From contig JACKBA010000020.1 in assembly GCA_020634815.1 (NCBI GenBank), positions 42,907 to 106,906 of the forward strand: 64,000 bases of DNA, in the 5' to 3' direction. Below, piece by piece: positions 52,027-61,637 of this stretch (the stretch's first letter is position 1; every line of letters starts with the position of its first letter). The notes beneath the pieces are model-generated. The model searched no databases. It was not told where the DNA came from and saw only the letters and a list, made by a program, of their open reading frames with translations. Origin of the DNA: Caldilineaceae bacterium (GTDB lineage Bacteria; Chloroflexota; Anaerolineae; Caldilineales; Caldilineaceae). The position numbers and the translations under genes are program-made.

Positions 52027-52253
52027 GCCAACGCCCGCGCATGTGCGGCACAATGGCCCGCATACATGTTTCCGTGAATGCGACTGTCTACAACGAACGC
52101 GCCAGCATCGAGCGGCTGCTCGATTCGCTGGCCGGCCAGACGCGGCGGCCCGACGAGGTGATCCTCTGCGATGGCGGCATTTGACAGGCAGCCAGGACGG
52201 CACGGTCGAAGCCATCCGCGCCTACGCCGCGCGCCATCCCGACCGGCTGCCCG
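52027..52253 (+). pseudogene. Duplicated, degraded 5' end of the downstream GT2 gene
   Basis: Near-identical to 53527-53742, with ATG->ATA and an 11-nt insertion containing a stop codon. Confidence 0.88.
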
Positions 52254-52449
52254 CCTCGCTGGCCGACGCCGCCGGCTGGATCCGCCAGTGCCGCCGCGCC
52301 GGGCTCTACACCTACGGCCGCGCCCTCTACGAGCGGGGCGGCTTCGACTCCGGCACGCTCAGCGCAGGGGCCCAGGTCGAGGTGGAGGGAAATTACCAGG
52401 TGTGCGTGCGGCGGAGTTGACAGGCCCCCTCATTGTACCCAGCAGACAC

Positions 52450-52487
52450 TTGTGGGGCGCCGAGCGCCAAGCTATACTGATTATCAG
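52450..52487 (+). promoter_or_regulatory. Promoter and operator of the phd-vapC module
   Basis: TTGTGG, 17-bp spacer, TATACT (52473); palindrome CTGAT-T-ATCAG at 52477-52487. Confidence 0.55.
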
Positions 52488-52515
52488 GATAGTGCAATTC
52501 TGTGGGAGGTAGGCA

Positions 52516-52839
52516 ATGGATGCAACCGTCAGTATCGGCGAAGTCAAACGTGATATTTCTGAACTGGTCAACCGCGTTGCCTATGGCGGCGAGCGCATCG
52601 TACTGACTTCACGCGGCAAACCCAAGGCCGTGCTGGTCAGTATCAACGATTACGAACGCCTGCAAGCCAGGGAGGATCAAAGCGAGATGGAGCGGTGGCA
52701 GGCATGGCTGCGCAAAGCGGAGGCGCTCAGTCAGGAGATTCTGCGCGAGCGCAACGGCGAGCCGCTCGACCTCGACTGGGTCGTTCAAGCTGCCAAAGCA
52801 GATCTTGAGGCGCGCCATGACGAACTCTTCCAGCGTTGA
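52516..52839 (+). CDS. Phd/YefM family antitoxin
   Basis: VSIGEVKRDISELVNRV...IVLTSRGKPKAVLVS; RBS GGAGG. Confidence 0.92.
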   Translation: MDATVSIGEVKRDISELVNRVAYGGERIVLTSRGKPKAVLVSINDYERLQAREDQSEMERWQAWLRKAEALSQEILRERNGEPLDLDWVVQAAKADLEARHDELFQR

Positions 52840-53275
52840 GTGGCTGGTCATCGATGCCGGCGTCGGCTATGCAATGAGTGTGGCGGATGCGGCAACCACG
52901 CGCCTGCGCGCCGACATCGCCAACAAGGTCAGCCAGGGTGTGAAGCTAGGCGCGCCCGTCTTTTGGCGCTACGAACTGACCTCAATCCTCACAAAGTCTC
53001 TCCACTTTGGGCAGTTGAGCGAAGCATCGGCCTGGCAGGCGCTCGAATTGAGCAGCGAAATCGCCATCGCCCTGGTTTCGCCAGACGACGAGTTGGTGCG
53101 CCAGGCGTATGCGTGGACACTGCGTCTCAAACGCGCCGCCGCATATGACAGTTTCTACCTGGCGCTGGCGCAGCGGCTGGGATGTGAACTGTGGACCGTC
53201 GATCACAAGCTGTTCAAGGCAGTGGGCGCGCCCTGGGTGCGCTATGTGGGCAGCGCCGAAGGCAAAATCCCATGA
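52817..53275 (+). CDS. vapC: PIN domain toxin (VapC)
   Basis: LVIDAGV, YELTS and AAYDSFYLALAQRLGCELWTVD motifs. Confidence 0.9.
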   Translation: MTNSSSVEWLVIDAGVGYAMSVADAATTRLRADIANKVSQGVKLGAPVFWRYELTSILTKSLHFGQLSEASAWQALELSSEIAIALVSPDDELVRQAYAWTLRLKRAAAYDSFYLALAQRLGCELWTVDHKLFKAVGAPWVRYVGSAEGKIP

Positions 53276-53406
53276 ACCTTCACTTCAAAGAAGTCTTCCG
53301 CGGCAAGGTTGTCAACAAACGGCTCACCTTCAATATGCGCGACCGGCTCGACATTGTCGATGCCGGCGATATTCAGCAAGTGCTGGAAACGGCGCTTTCG
53401 CCGTAG
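53272..53406 (+). pseudogene. 44-aa remnant, possibly a collapsed BrxL/Lon-like gene
   Basis: EVFRGKVVNKRLT resembles BrxL N-termini and LDIVDAGDIQQVLETAL resembles Lon C-termini; recognised from memory only. Confidence 0.45.
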
Positions 53407-53561
53407 ATGTAGATCGTCGCCCCCCTGGGTCAGCAACAGATACGGCCACTGCGTGCTCGCTCTGCCGTGATGGCGCAACGGGTAGCCCCCAGTGGCATGG
53501 ACCGGCTTGAACCACCGCGCAGAGTTGCCAACGCCCGCGCATGTGCGGCACAATGGCCCGC

Positions 53562-54587
53562 ATGCATGTTTCCGTGATTGCGACTGTCTACAACGAACGC
53601 GCCAGCATCGAGCGGCTGCTGGAGTCGCTGGCCGGCCAGACGCGGCGGCCCGACGAGGTGATCCTCTGCGACGGCGGCAGCCAGGATGGCACGGCCGAGG
53701 CCATCCGCGCCTACGCCGCGCACCACCCCGACCGGCTGCCCGGCTTGCAGGTCATCGTGGCGCCAGGCGCCAACATCAGCCGCGGGCGCAACATTGCCAT
53801 TGCGGCGGCGGCCGGCCCGCTCATCGCCGCGACGGACGCGGGCGTGCGCCTGGAGCCGCAGTGGCTGGAAGCGCTCGTCGCACCGTGGGCGGCGGACGAC
53901 CGGATGCTGGCTGTGGCGGGCGCGTTCGTGCCCGACGCGCAGGGCGTCTTCCAGACGGCCATGGCCGCCACCGTGCTGCCGCTGGTCGAGGAGATTGACC
54001 CGCAGCGCTTTCTGCCCTCCAGCCGCTCGGTCGCCTTCACCAAGACGGCGTGGGCGCGGGCGGGCGGCTACCCCGAGTGGCTCGATTATTGCGAGGACCT
54101 GCTCTTCGACTTTGCCATCAACGCCCAGGCGCCGGGCGCGCCGACGGGTTTTGCCTGGGCGCCGGACGCCCGCGTGCATTTTCGCCCGCGCGAGACGCTG
54201 GGCGCCTTCTGGACGCAGTATTACCGCTATGCGCGCGGCGACGGCAAGGCCGACCTGTGGCGCAAGCGCCACGCTATCCGCTACGCCACCTACTTCGTGG
54301 CGCTGCCGCTGCTGCTGGGCCATGCCTTTTTTGGCGTCTTTGCGCGCTGGCTGGGCTGGCTGGGGCTGCTGGCCGGCGTCGCGCTCTACTGCCGGCGGCC
54401 GTGGCAGCGCTTGCGCGTGCTCGGCGCGTCGCTCTCGCCGGCGCAGCGGCTGCTGGCGGCCGCGCTCGTGCCGCTCATCCGCGTCACGGGCGACAAAGCC
54501 AAGATGATGGGCTATCCCGTGGGCCTGCTCTGGCGCTGGCGCCATCGCGCCGAGATCCCCGACTGGCGCCGCGACCTGCAAAAGTGA
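53562..54587 (+). CDS. Glycosyltransferase family 2
   Basis: VSVIATVYNE, CDGGSQDGT, ATDAG and CEDL motifs; C-terminal TMs. Confidence 0.93.
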   Translation: MHVSVIATVYNERASIERLLESLAGQTRRPDEVILCDGGSQDGTAEAIRAYAAHHPDRLPGLQVIVAPGANISRGRNIAIAAAAGPLIAATDAGVRLEPQWLEALVAPWAADDRMLAVAGAFVPDAQGVFQTAMAATVLPLVEEIDPQRFLPSSRSVAFTKTAWARAGGYPEWLDYCEDLLFDFAINAQAPGAPTGFAWAPDARVHFRPRETLGAFWTQYYRYARGDGKADLWRKRHAIRYATYFVALPLLLGHAFFGVFARWLGWLGLLAGVALYCRRPWQRLRVLGASLSPAQRLLAAALVPLIRVTGDKAKMMGYPVGLLWRWRHRAEIPDWRRDLQK

Positions 54588-54625
54588 GCGCGATGACTTC
54601 GTGTCCGCGCGGTCTCTGATACGAT

Positions 54626-55020
54626 TTGACGCAAAGGCGCGGAGACGCAGAGGTTCGCAGAGAAAGACAAGAGGTGCATTCTCTGCGCTTTCTCTGCCTC
54701 TTTGCGACTCTGCGTCGAGATGTGATGATTTTTGACGCAAAGGCGCGGAGACGCAGAGGCTCGCAGAGGAAGACAAGAGGTGCATTCTCTGCGCTTTCTC
54801 TGCCTCTTTGCGACTCTGCGTCGAGATGTGATGATTTTTGACGCAAAGGCGCGGAGCCGCAGAGGTTCGCAGAGGAAGAAATCGGAGATGTATTCTCCGC
54901 GTTTTTCTCTGCCTCTTTGCGACTCTGCGTCAAAATTGATTGTCTTTGACGCAAAGGCGCAGAGGAATGACAGAATAGTTTTCTCTGCGCTTCCTCTGCC
55001 TCTTTGCGACTCTGCGTCAA
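54626..55020. repeat. Four tandem palindromic units (106/106/108-bp period)
   Basis: TTGACGCAAAGGCGC(G/A)GAG...CTCTGCCTCTTTGCGACTCTGCGTC at 54626, 54732, 54838 and 54946. Confidence 0.93.
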
Positions 55021-55046
55021 AGTGGCAAATCTTACGAGGTGTGCGT

Positions 55047-55532
55047 GTGAGTGCTGCGATTGAACGGAGGGAAGTGCCGGCCGACCTGGTGGAGGCGACG
55101 CCGGGCGCGTGGGGGATGTGGCTGCTGGCCTCGCCCTTCCTCGTCTTCGTGCTCTGGCTGTGGGTCGATGTCTTTGCCTTCTACAGCCCGGTGCCGTGGA
55201 AGTGGCTCGATGTGCTGATCGGCACGGCGCTCTTTGCGCTGCTGGTCGTGCTGCCGCTGGGCTGGCTGGCCCACCGCGCCGTCACCTCCGTGCCCCGCCT
55301 CTTCCAGCATGCAGGCTGGGACATTCAGCCGCTCGAGCCCGTGCGCGAGCAGGAGAAGTACCTCGTGCGCTATGTCTACCAGGCGCGCCATCGTGCGGCC
55401 AACTCGTGGCGGCGGCAGTGGCTGCGCGCGGCGCAGGGCTGGGTCTACATCGAGATCGCCGCGATTCTCATCGGCGGCGTGCTCATGGTGCCCCTCTTCT
55501 TCAGCGCGATCGACTTCGGTTTTGGGCGGTAG
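55047..55532 (+). CDS. Hypothetical membrane protein (3 TM)
   Basis: GC3-rich ORF with hydrophobic segments; GAGGT RBS before GTG. Confidence 0.75.
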   Translation: MSAAIERREVPADLVEATPGAWGMWLLASPFLVFVLWLWVDVFAFYSPVPWKWLDVLIGTALFALLVVLPLGWLAHRAVTSVPRLFQHAGWDIQPLEPVREQEKYLVRYVYQARHRAANSWRRQWLRAAQGWVYIEIAAILIGGVLMVPLFFSAIDFGFGR

Positions 55533-55535
55533 AAG

Positions 55536-57491
55536 ATGAGAAGTTGGTTGAGAAACGCTGCCACAAAGACACAAAGGGCACAAAGGGGCACAAAGAGATC
55601 TGGGGAAGGGCGCTGCGACGTTCTTCCTGGTGCCGCTTGGTGTGCTTCGCGGCTTCGTGGTTTGCTCTTGTCTCTCTCGCGGCCGGCGTTGGCCGTGGTG
55701 ATGGCGGCGGCGGTGACGTTTCACGCGGCCGTGCTGGCGGCGCCACTGGAACCCACGCCTTCGCCCACACTGCCGGCCGCAACGCAAAGCTCGGCAGCCG
55801 TCGTCGCGCAGGTCTCCTTTGCCAACCAGGACGATCTCAACCGCATGGCCGGCGACCTCGACATTTGGCAGGTCGACCACGGCACACGGCGGGCGACCAT
55901 GCTGCTGATGCCGGCGCAGGTGCAGCGCCTGCGCGCGGAGGGGCGCACGGTGACGGTTGATGTGCAGGCTACGGCGCGGCTGGCGGCGTGGCCGGTGCAG
56001 GCCGCGGCGCAGCCGGCGGAAGGCGGCATCCCCAGCTTTCCCTGCTACCGCACCGTGGAAGAGACCTATGCGACGCTGGCGCAACTGGCGGTGGATCATC
56101 CTGACCTGGTGCAGCCGGTGACCATCGGCCAGAGCTGGCAATCCGTGACGACGAGCGGCGGCGCCGGCTATCCCATCGAGGGCGTGGTGCTCACCAGCCA
56201 GGCACTGCCCGGCCCCAAGCCTGTCTTCTTTCTCATGGCGGCCATTCACGCCCGCGAGCTGACGACGGCGGAGGCGGCCACGCGCTTTGCCGAGCAACTG
56301 GTGCAGGGCTACGGCGTTGACCCGGATGCCACGTGGCTGCTCGACCACACGGCGATCCACATTGCGCCGCAGACAAACCCCGACGGGCGCAAGAAGGCCG
56401 AAAGCGGCCTCTTCTGGCGCAAGAACATCAACGACAGCCAGTCATGTTTCTTCGACCCGAACGGCGTCGGCATCGACCTCAACCGCAACAGCAGCTTTCG
56501 CTGGAACCAGTGTACCGGCTTCGGCTGTTCGAGCAGCGACGCCTGTTCGCTCACCTACCGCGGCCCGTCGGCGGCATCGGAGCCCGAAGTTCAAGCCGTC
56601 GAGGCGTACATGCGCGCGATCTTCGCCGACCAACGCGGCCCGCTCGACAGCGACACGGCGCCCGCTGACGCTTCCGGCGTAATGGTCTCGCTGCACAGCT
56701 ATGCGCCGCTGATCCTCTACCCGTGGGGGTGGACGCAGGCGCCGGCGCCTAATGCCGATGGCCTGCGCACGCTGGGTCGCAAGTTCGGCTTCTATACCGG
56801 CTACGATGTTTGCCAGTCAGGTGCCGAGGGCTGTCTCTACATGACGGACGGCACGACGGACGACTTTGCCTACGGAGAACTGGGCGTGGCGGCCTACACC
56901 TTCGAGCTGGGCAGCGAATTCTTCCAGTCGTGCGGCGTCTTCGAGTCGTCGATCGTCAGCAGCACGCTGGATGCGCTGACCTATGCGGCCAAGGCGGCGC
57001 GGCAGCCATACGTGGCGCCGGCCGGGCCCGAGGTCATCTCGGCCACCGTGGCGTTGACGCAGGTGGTGAGCGGCCAATCCGTGACGTTGACGGTGACGGC
57101 CGACGACACGCGGCGCGCGAATTCGTTCCCCGAAGACTTCCCCGATCTCGACCGCGTACCCGAGCCTCTACAGGCGATCCAGGCCGTGCGCTACACGGTG
57201 GATGCGCCGAGCTGGGCGCTGTGCGGCTTTGCGCGGCCCATGGCGCCGGCGGACGGAACCTTCGATGCACCGGTCGAGGAGGCAGTTGCCGTCATCGACA
57301 CGCAGGGCTGGGCGCCGGGCCGCCACCTGCTCTTCGTGGAGGGGCAGGACGCCGCCGGTGTGTGGGGCGTGCCGACGGGGGTCTTTATCGACCTGGCCGG
57401 CGAGGGGGGCAGCGTGCCGCCGTACGCGCCGCAGGAGACGCCGTGCGTGGAGGTGCGCCTGCCGTGGATCGAACGCGCGGTGGCGCCGTAG
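55536..57491 (+). CDS. M14 family zinc carboxypeptidase, secreted
   Basis: IHARE, NPDGR, WRKN, GIDLNRN, SEPE, SLHSY and TFELG motifs. True start probably downstream (~55700). Confidence 0.9.
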   Translation: MRSWLRNAATKTQRAQRGTKRSGEGRCDVLPGAAWCASRLRGLLLSLSRPALAVVMAAAVTFHAAVLAAPLEPTPSPTLPAATQSSAAVVAQVSFANQDDLNRMAGDLDIWQVDHGTRRATMLLMPAQVQRLRAEGRTVTVDVQATARLAAWPVQAAAQPAEGGIPSFPCYRTVEETYATLAQLAVDHPDLVQPVTIGQSWQSVTTSGGAGYPIEGVVLTSQALPGPKPVFFLMAAIHARELTTAEAATRFAEQLVQGYGVDPDATWLLDHTAIHIAPQTNPDGRKKAESGLFWRKNINDSQSCFFDPNGVGIDLNRNSSFRWNQCTGFGCSSSDACSLTYRGPSAASEPEVQAVEAYMRAIFADQRGPLDSDTAPADASGVMVSLHSYAPLILYPWGWTQAPAPNADGLRTLGRKFGFYTGYDVCQSGAEGCLYMTDGTTDDFAYGELGVAAYTFELGSEFFQSCGVFESSIVSSTLDALTYAAKAARQPYVAPAGPEVISATVALTQVVSGQSVTLTVTADDTRRANSFPEDFPDLDRVPEPLQAIQAVRYTVDAPSWALCGFARPMAPADGTFDAPVEEAVAVIDTQGWAPGRHLLFVEGQDAAGVWGVPTGVFIDLAGEGGSVPPYAPQETPCVEVRLPWIERAVAP

Positions 57492-57498
57492 AGGTGCG

Positions 57499-58383
57499 AT
57501 GAATATCCTGTCACTGGCCGTCGGCCTGCTGTTGATCGCCGTTACCGTGCTCTACCTGCGCGGGTGGGTGCGGCTGCGCCGGCGCGGCGCGGGCTTTGCC
57601 AACTTTGCCCGGCTCAGCGTCTTCCTCTTTGCCGTCACCACGACGGCGACGGTCTTTCTCTCGCCCATGAACTGGCTCAACGCGGATTACTTTTTCATCC
57701 GCGTGGCGCAGTATGTCTTCCTCTGCCTCTTCGCCATCCCGGCCTTCTTTATCAGTTGCGCGTTCGACGTCATGCTGTGGGGGCTGCCGGCGCGCGGACG
57801 GCGTGGCGTGGCGCGCTGGATGCGCAGCACGGGGCGCGTGCGGCGCGCCGTGAGCCGGGTAACACCGGCGTGGCTGGCCTTCATGCTCTTCATTGCGCTC
57901 TTTGTGACGTGGTACGACAACCGCATCGCCACGTGGCTGCTGGCCGACCCGCTGCGGCACACGGCGTCGCTGCTGTTGCTGGGCGGGGCGGCCATGTTGG
58001 CGTGGTGGCATCTCATCGGCACGGGGCCGCGGCTGCACACGGAGCTTTCGCCGTGGCTGGCAGCCATCGCGTTGCTCATCATCGAGTTGACGAGCATGTC
58101 CATCGCCGTGCCGACGGCCTTCTCCACCGACCCGCTCTACACGCACTATGTGGCGGCCTTTGCCGCGACCGATCGCTGGCTGCCGCTGACCATTGCCGAC
58201 GACCAGGCGCTAGGCGGCGGGCTGCTGTGGGTAGGCGGCAGCGCGATCTACCTGTCGAGTATCGTGCTCATCCTCAATCGCCTCTTCGACCGCCACGACA
58301 TGGACCGCGCCGAGCCGCTGCCCGGCTGGGACGACGACGAACGCATGATCATGCCGGGGCTGGAGCACCGGGTGAAGAAATAG
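57499..58383 (+). CDS. ctaG: Cytochrome c oxidase assembly factor (Caa3 CtaG family)
   Basis: YLRGW, FLSP, multiple TMs and DQALGGGLLWVGG; some expected His residues appear substituted. Confidence 0.72.
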   Translation: MNILSLAVGLLLIAVTVLYLRGWVRLRRRGAGFANFARLSVFLFAVTTTATVFLSPMNWLNADYFFIRVAQYVFLCLFAIPAFFISCAFDVMLWGLPARGRRGVARWMRSTGRVRRAVSRVTPAWLAFMLFIALFVTWYDNRIATWLLADPLRHTASLLLLGGAAMLAWWHLIGTGPRLHTELSPWLAAIALLIIELTSMSIAVPTAFSTDPLYTHYVAAFAATDRWLPLTIADDQALGGGLLWVGGSAIYLSSIVLILNRLFDRHDMDRAEPLPGWDDDERMIMPGLEHRVKK

Positions 58384-58927
58384 TCGTGTCTTTCGGCAAC
58401 AACTCCCCGGCTTCAATCCGATCCACCAGATCCAACAATTCCAACGGCATCTTGATCGTGAAGTCCGGCTGCTCCGAGGCGTCGGCCGGGATTTTGGCGC
58501 GACGCGGCGCCCAGTCCAGCCAGACGCTGGTGATTCCCAGCGCGTTGGCGCCCTTGATGTCGCGGCCGAGGTGGTTGCCCACCATCAGCACGCGGGCGTG
58601 ATCCTGCGGTAGAATCTGCAACTGGTCGAGTGCGCGGCGGAACATGGCGGCGTCCGGCTTGCTGGCGCCCACCGTCTCGGAGATGGCGTAGGCGTCGAAG
58701 AGACCATAAAGACCATAGGGGCCAAGGTTGTTCTCAAAGGTGGCCACGGGGCCATCGGCGACCAACGCCAGTGCATAGCCGCGGCGCTTGAGATCGCGCA
58801 CCAGTTCGCCGGCGCCGGGGATGAGATCGGCGCGCAGCGAAACCTCGCCGTCGGGCTTGACCTCGCTGCCCTCGTCGACGAGCGTATCGCCGCAGTCGAG
58901 GAAGATGGCACGGATGCGGCGCTTCAT
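58349..58927 (-). CDS. HAD family hydrolase
   Basis: IFLDCGDTL, SKPD and MVGNHLGRDIKGA motifs. Confidence 0.9.
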   Translation of the reverse strand: MKRRIRAIFLDCGDTLVDEGSEVKPDGEVSLRADLIPGAGELVRDLKRRGYALALVADGPVATFENNLGPYGLYGLFDAYAISETVGASKPDAAMFRRALDQLQILPQDHARVLMVGNHLGRDIKGANALGITSVWLDWAPRRAKIPADASEQPDFTIKMPLELLDLVDRIEAGELLPKDTTISSPGAPAPA

Positions 58928-59697
58928 GGCTTCCCTGCGGGCCGGCGCGCGGCGGCGTGGTCGGCGGCAACCTGCGCGACGACGTCGCCGTGGTCGCAGT
59001 TGATCATGTCCACACCCCAGTCGAGCATGGCGCGGAAGGCGGCGGGATCCTTCTCCTTGTGGAAGACCATGAGCTTCATGCCGCGCGCCCGGCAGGCGTC
59101 GATCATCTCCTGGTTCAGGTTGCCCAGCCCCGTTTCGATGATGTTAGCCGCGAGGGCGTCATGCACAGCCAGCACGCCGGCAGCGTCGTCGGCGTTGACC
59201 TTGAGCGCCAGCTCCGGCGCCAGGCGGCGGAAGGCGAGCGCGGCGTCGGGGTCGCCAAACCAGAAGAAGCAGTCGTCCTGCATCTGCATATCACGGACGA
59301 GCGCGAGCAGGTGCGGCAGGTCGGCGCGCTTCACGTCGAAGAATATCTTGGCCTTGCCTTTGATCCAGCGCAGGTATTCGTCGAGACGCGGCACGCGCGT
59401 GCCGGCAAAGCTGGGGTCAAACCACGACCCGGCATCGAGGCAGTCGATCTCGGCCGCAGTCAATTCATGAAAGAGGCCGCGGCCATTGGTGGTGACTTCC
59501 AGATCAGGACCGTGATAGACGTAGAGCACGCCATCCTTGCTCGTGTTGACGTCGATCTCGACGTAGTCCATACCCCAATCGACGCAGATCTGCGCGGCGG
59601 CGTAGGTGTTGGGCGGCGCGTACTCGTTGGCGCCCTGGTGGCAGACGATCTCGACGGTACGCGTGCGCGGGATGTCACGCGGCGGCAGCGGCGGCAC
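58924..59697 (-). CDS. Glycerophosphodiester phosphodiesterase family protein
   Basis: CHQGA..APPNT, EIDVNTSKDG..VYH and LDAGSWF motifs. Confidence 0.88.
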   Translation of the reverse strand: MPPLPPRDIPRTRTVEIVCHQGANEYAPPNTYAAAQICVDWGMDYVEIDVNTSKDGVLYVYHGPDLEVTTNGRGLFHELTAAEIDCLDAGSWFDPSFAGTRVPRLDEYLRWIKGKAKIFFDVKRADLPHLLALVRDMQMQDDCFFWFGDPDAALAFRRLAPELALKVNADDAAGVLAVHDALAANIIETGLGNLNQEMIDACRARGMKLMVFHKEKDPAAFRAMLDWGVDMINCDHGDVVAQVAADHAAARRPAGKP

Positions 59698-59703
59698 AGT
59701 GGA

Positions 59704-60606
59704 CTACCCCTTCAGGCCGGTGGTGCTGATGCCTTCGACCAGATAGCGCTGGAAGGCGACGAAGATCACAAAGACCGGCACGAGCGACAGGCTCGACATG
59801 GCGAAAATGGCGCCCCAGTCGGTCTGTCCGGAAGGATCGGAAAAGGCACGCAGCGCCAGAGAGACGGTGTAAAGCTTAGGCTCGTTGAGATAGATCAACG
59901 GCGTCAGGAAATCCTCCCACGTCCAGTAAAAGGAAAAAATTGCGGCAGTAATAAGTGCCGGCGTAATCTGGGGGAGGATGATGCGGAAGAAGATGTTACC
60001 CTTGCCACAGCCATCCATTTCAGCGGCTTCGTCCAGGTCCTTGGGGATGCCGCGGATAAACTGCATGATCATGAAGATGAAAAAGGCCTGCCCGCCGATG
60101 CGCGGCAGCAGTAGCGGGAGAAATGTGTTGATCCAGCCCAGTTTGCTGAAGACGATGTACTGCGGGATGATCTGCACCTGCACCGGCAGCATGAGCGTCG
60201 CCAGCATACAGGCAAAGAGAATGTTGCGACCGGCGAATCTGATGCGAGCAAAACCATAGGCAACCACGGCCGAAGCAAGTACGGTCAGCAACGTGGCGGC
60301 GCCGGCATAGAAGAACGAATTGGCATAGAAGGTGGTAAAGGTTAACCCGCCAAAGCCGCGCCAGCCGTTGACATAGTTCTCAATCGTAAAGTTCTGTGGA
60401 ATCAGCGACGAGATATTAGTCCAGATTTCGTCGCGCCCCTTAAAAGAGCTGGCAAAGAGCCACAGGATCGGGTAGAGCATGACGAAGCCAAAGCCGGCCA
60501 CCAGCACATGGTATAGGGGCGTGCGCATCCAGTTGCGCTGGGACAATGGCTTCGCCGGGGCATGTACGCTGACCCGGTCTGGCGTTGTCGGTGATACGGT
60601 TTCCAT
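59704..60606 (-). CDS. Carbohydrate ABC transporter permease
   Basis: EAA loop IPKDLDEAAEMDG; FQRYLVEGISTTGLKG. Confidence 0.95.
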   Translation of the reverse strand: METVSPTTPDRVSVHAPAKPLSQRNWMRTPLYHVLVAGFGFVMLYPILWLFASSFKGRDEIWTNISSLIPQNFTIENYVNGWRGFGGLTFTTFYANSFFYAGAATLLTVLASAVVAYGFARIRFAGRNILFACMLATLMLPVQVQIIPQYIVFSKLGWINTFLPLLLPRIGGQAFFIFMIMQFIRGIPKDLDEAAEMDGCGKGNIFFRIILPQITPALITAAIFSFYWTWEDFLTPLIYLNEPKLYTVSLALRAFSDPSGQTDWGAIFAMSSLSLVPVFVIFVAFQRYLVEGISTTGLKG

Positions 60607-60611
60607 CCGCG

Positions 60612-61559
60612 TCACTCCTCCTGTGAACCGTAGAAGACCCAGTACGACGACGAGCGGAAGACCAGTGCCGTCATTATCGCAACGATTGCCAGCAAGATCC
60701 AGGCCATTGCCGAGGCGTAGCCCATCTGCAGGCTCACAAATGCACGTTGATAGAGATACAGTGCATAAAACAGCGTTGTGTCAAGCGGCGCGCCTCCGGT
60801 GATGATGAAGGCCTGAGTGAAGACCATGAAGCCGCTGATCAACTGCATGACCAGGTTGAAAAAGATGATAGGCGTCAGCAGGGGCAGTGTAATGTGCCAG
60901 AATTGCTGCCAGCCATTGGCGCCATCGATGCCAGCGGCTTCGTAAAATTCTCTGGGGATCTGCTTGAGCCCGGCCAGAAAAATGAGCATGGGCGAGCCAA
61001 ACTGCCATACCGCCAGGATAATCAACGTCCAGATCGCCGTGTTGGGGTTTCCCAGCCAGGCTACGTTCGTGCCCAAAATGGCATTGATCAGCCCATCGGT
61101 GCCGAAGATTTGGCGCCACATGACCGCCACGGCCACGCTGCCACCCACGATCGACGGGGCATAGTAGGCCGCGCGGTAGCTGCTGACCATGCGTCGGGGC
61201 GTGTTGAGCAGCATGGCGACTGCCAGCGCAAAGGCCAGGCGCAGCGGGATGGCAGCAAAGACGTAGTAGAACGTCGCCTTCACCGACTTGATATAGCGCG
61301 GATCTGCCGTAAACATGCGCTCAAAGTTCTGCAGCCCCACCCATTTCCAGGTTGGGTTCAACACATCGTAATTCGTGAAGGCCAACACGAAGGAGGCAAT
61401 GATCGGGATCAGCGTGAAGGCCAAGAAAGCGATGAGCCAGGGAGAGATGAAGAGATAGCCCATCACGTTGTCATTGCGCCGGCGTTTACTCTTCTGTTTA
61501 TGCCCTCGGCCTTTGGCCGGTACGGCTTGAGATACGACGGTCGGAACGGCTTCAGTCAT
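60612..61559 (-). CDS. Sugar ABC transporter permease
   Basis: FLAGLKQIPREFYEAAGIDGA and MGYASAMAW motifs. Confidence 0.95.
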   Translation of the reverse strand: MTEAVPTVVSQAVPAKGRGHKQKSKRRRNDNVMGYLFISPWLIAFLAFTLIPIIASFVLAFTNYDVLNPTWKWVGLQNFERMFTADPRYIKSVKATFYYVFAAIPLRLAFALAVAMLLNTPRRMVSSYRAAYYAPSIVGGSVAVAVMWRQIFGTDGLINAILGTNVAWLGNPNTAIWTLIILAVWQFGSPMLIFLAGLKQIPREFYEAAGIDGANGWQQFWHITLPLLTPIIFFNLVMQLISGFMVFTQAFIITGGAPLDTTLFYALYLYQRAFVSLQMGYASAMAWILLAIVAIMTALVFRSSSYWVFYGSQEE

Positions 61560-61577
61560 GGCTTGCCTCAAAGGAAC

Positions 61578-61613
61578 AGGCAGAGGCACCGTCTAAACAC
61601 GCTGCCTCTGCCT
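61578..61613 (-). terminator. Intercistronic stem-loop after the binding-protein gene
   Basis: AGGCAGAGGCA...TGCCTCTGCCT 11-bp inverted repeat. Confidence 0.55.
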
Positions 61614-61637
61614 TGATCGATCTACTAACGAGTACGA

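Noticed and set aside
54626-55020. CRISPR array
   Set aside because: Sequence between conserved arms is itself repeated, the period is ~106 bp, and no cas genes are nearby.
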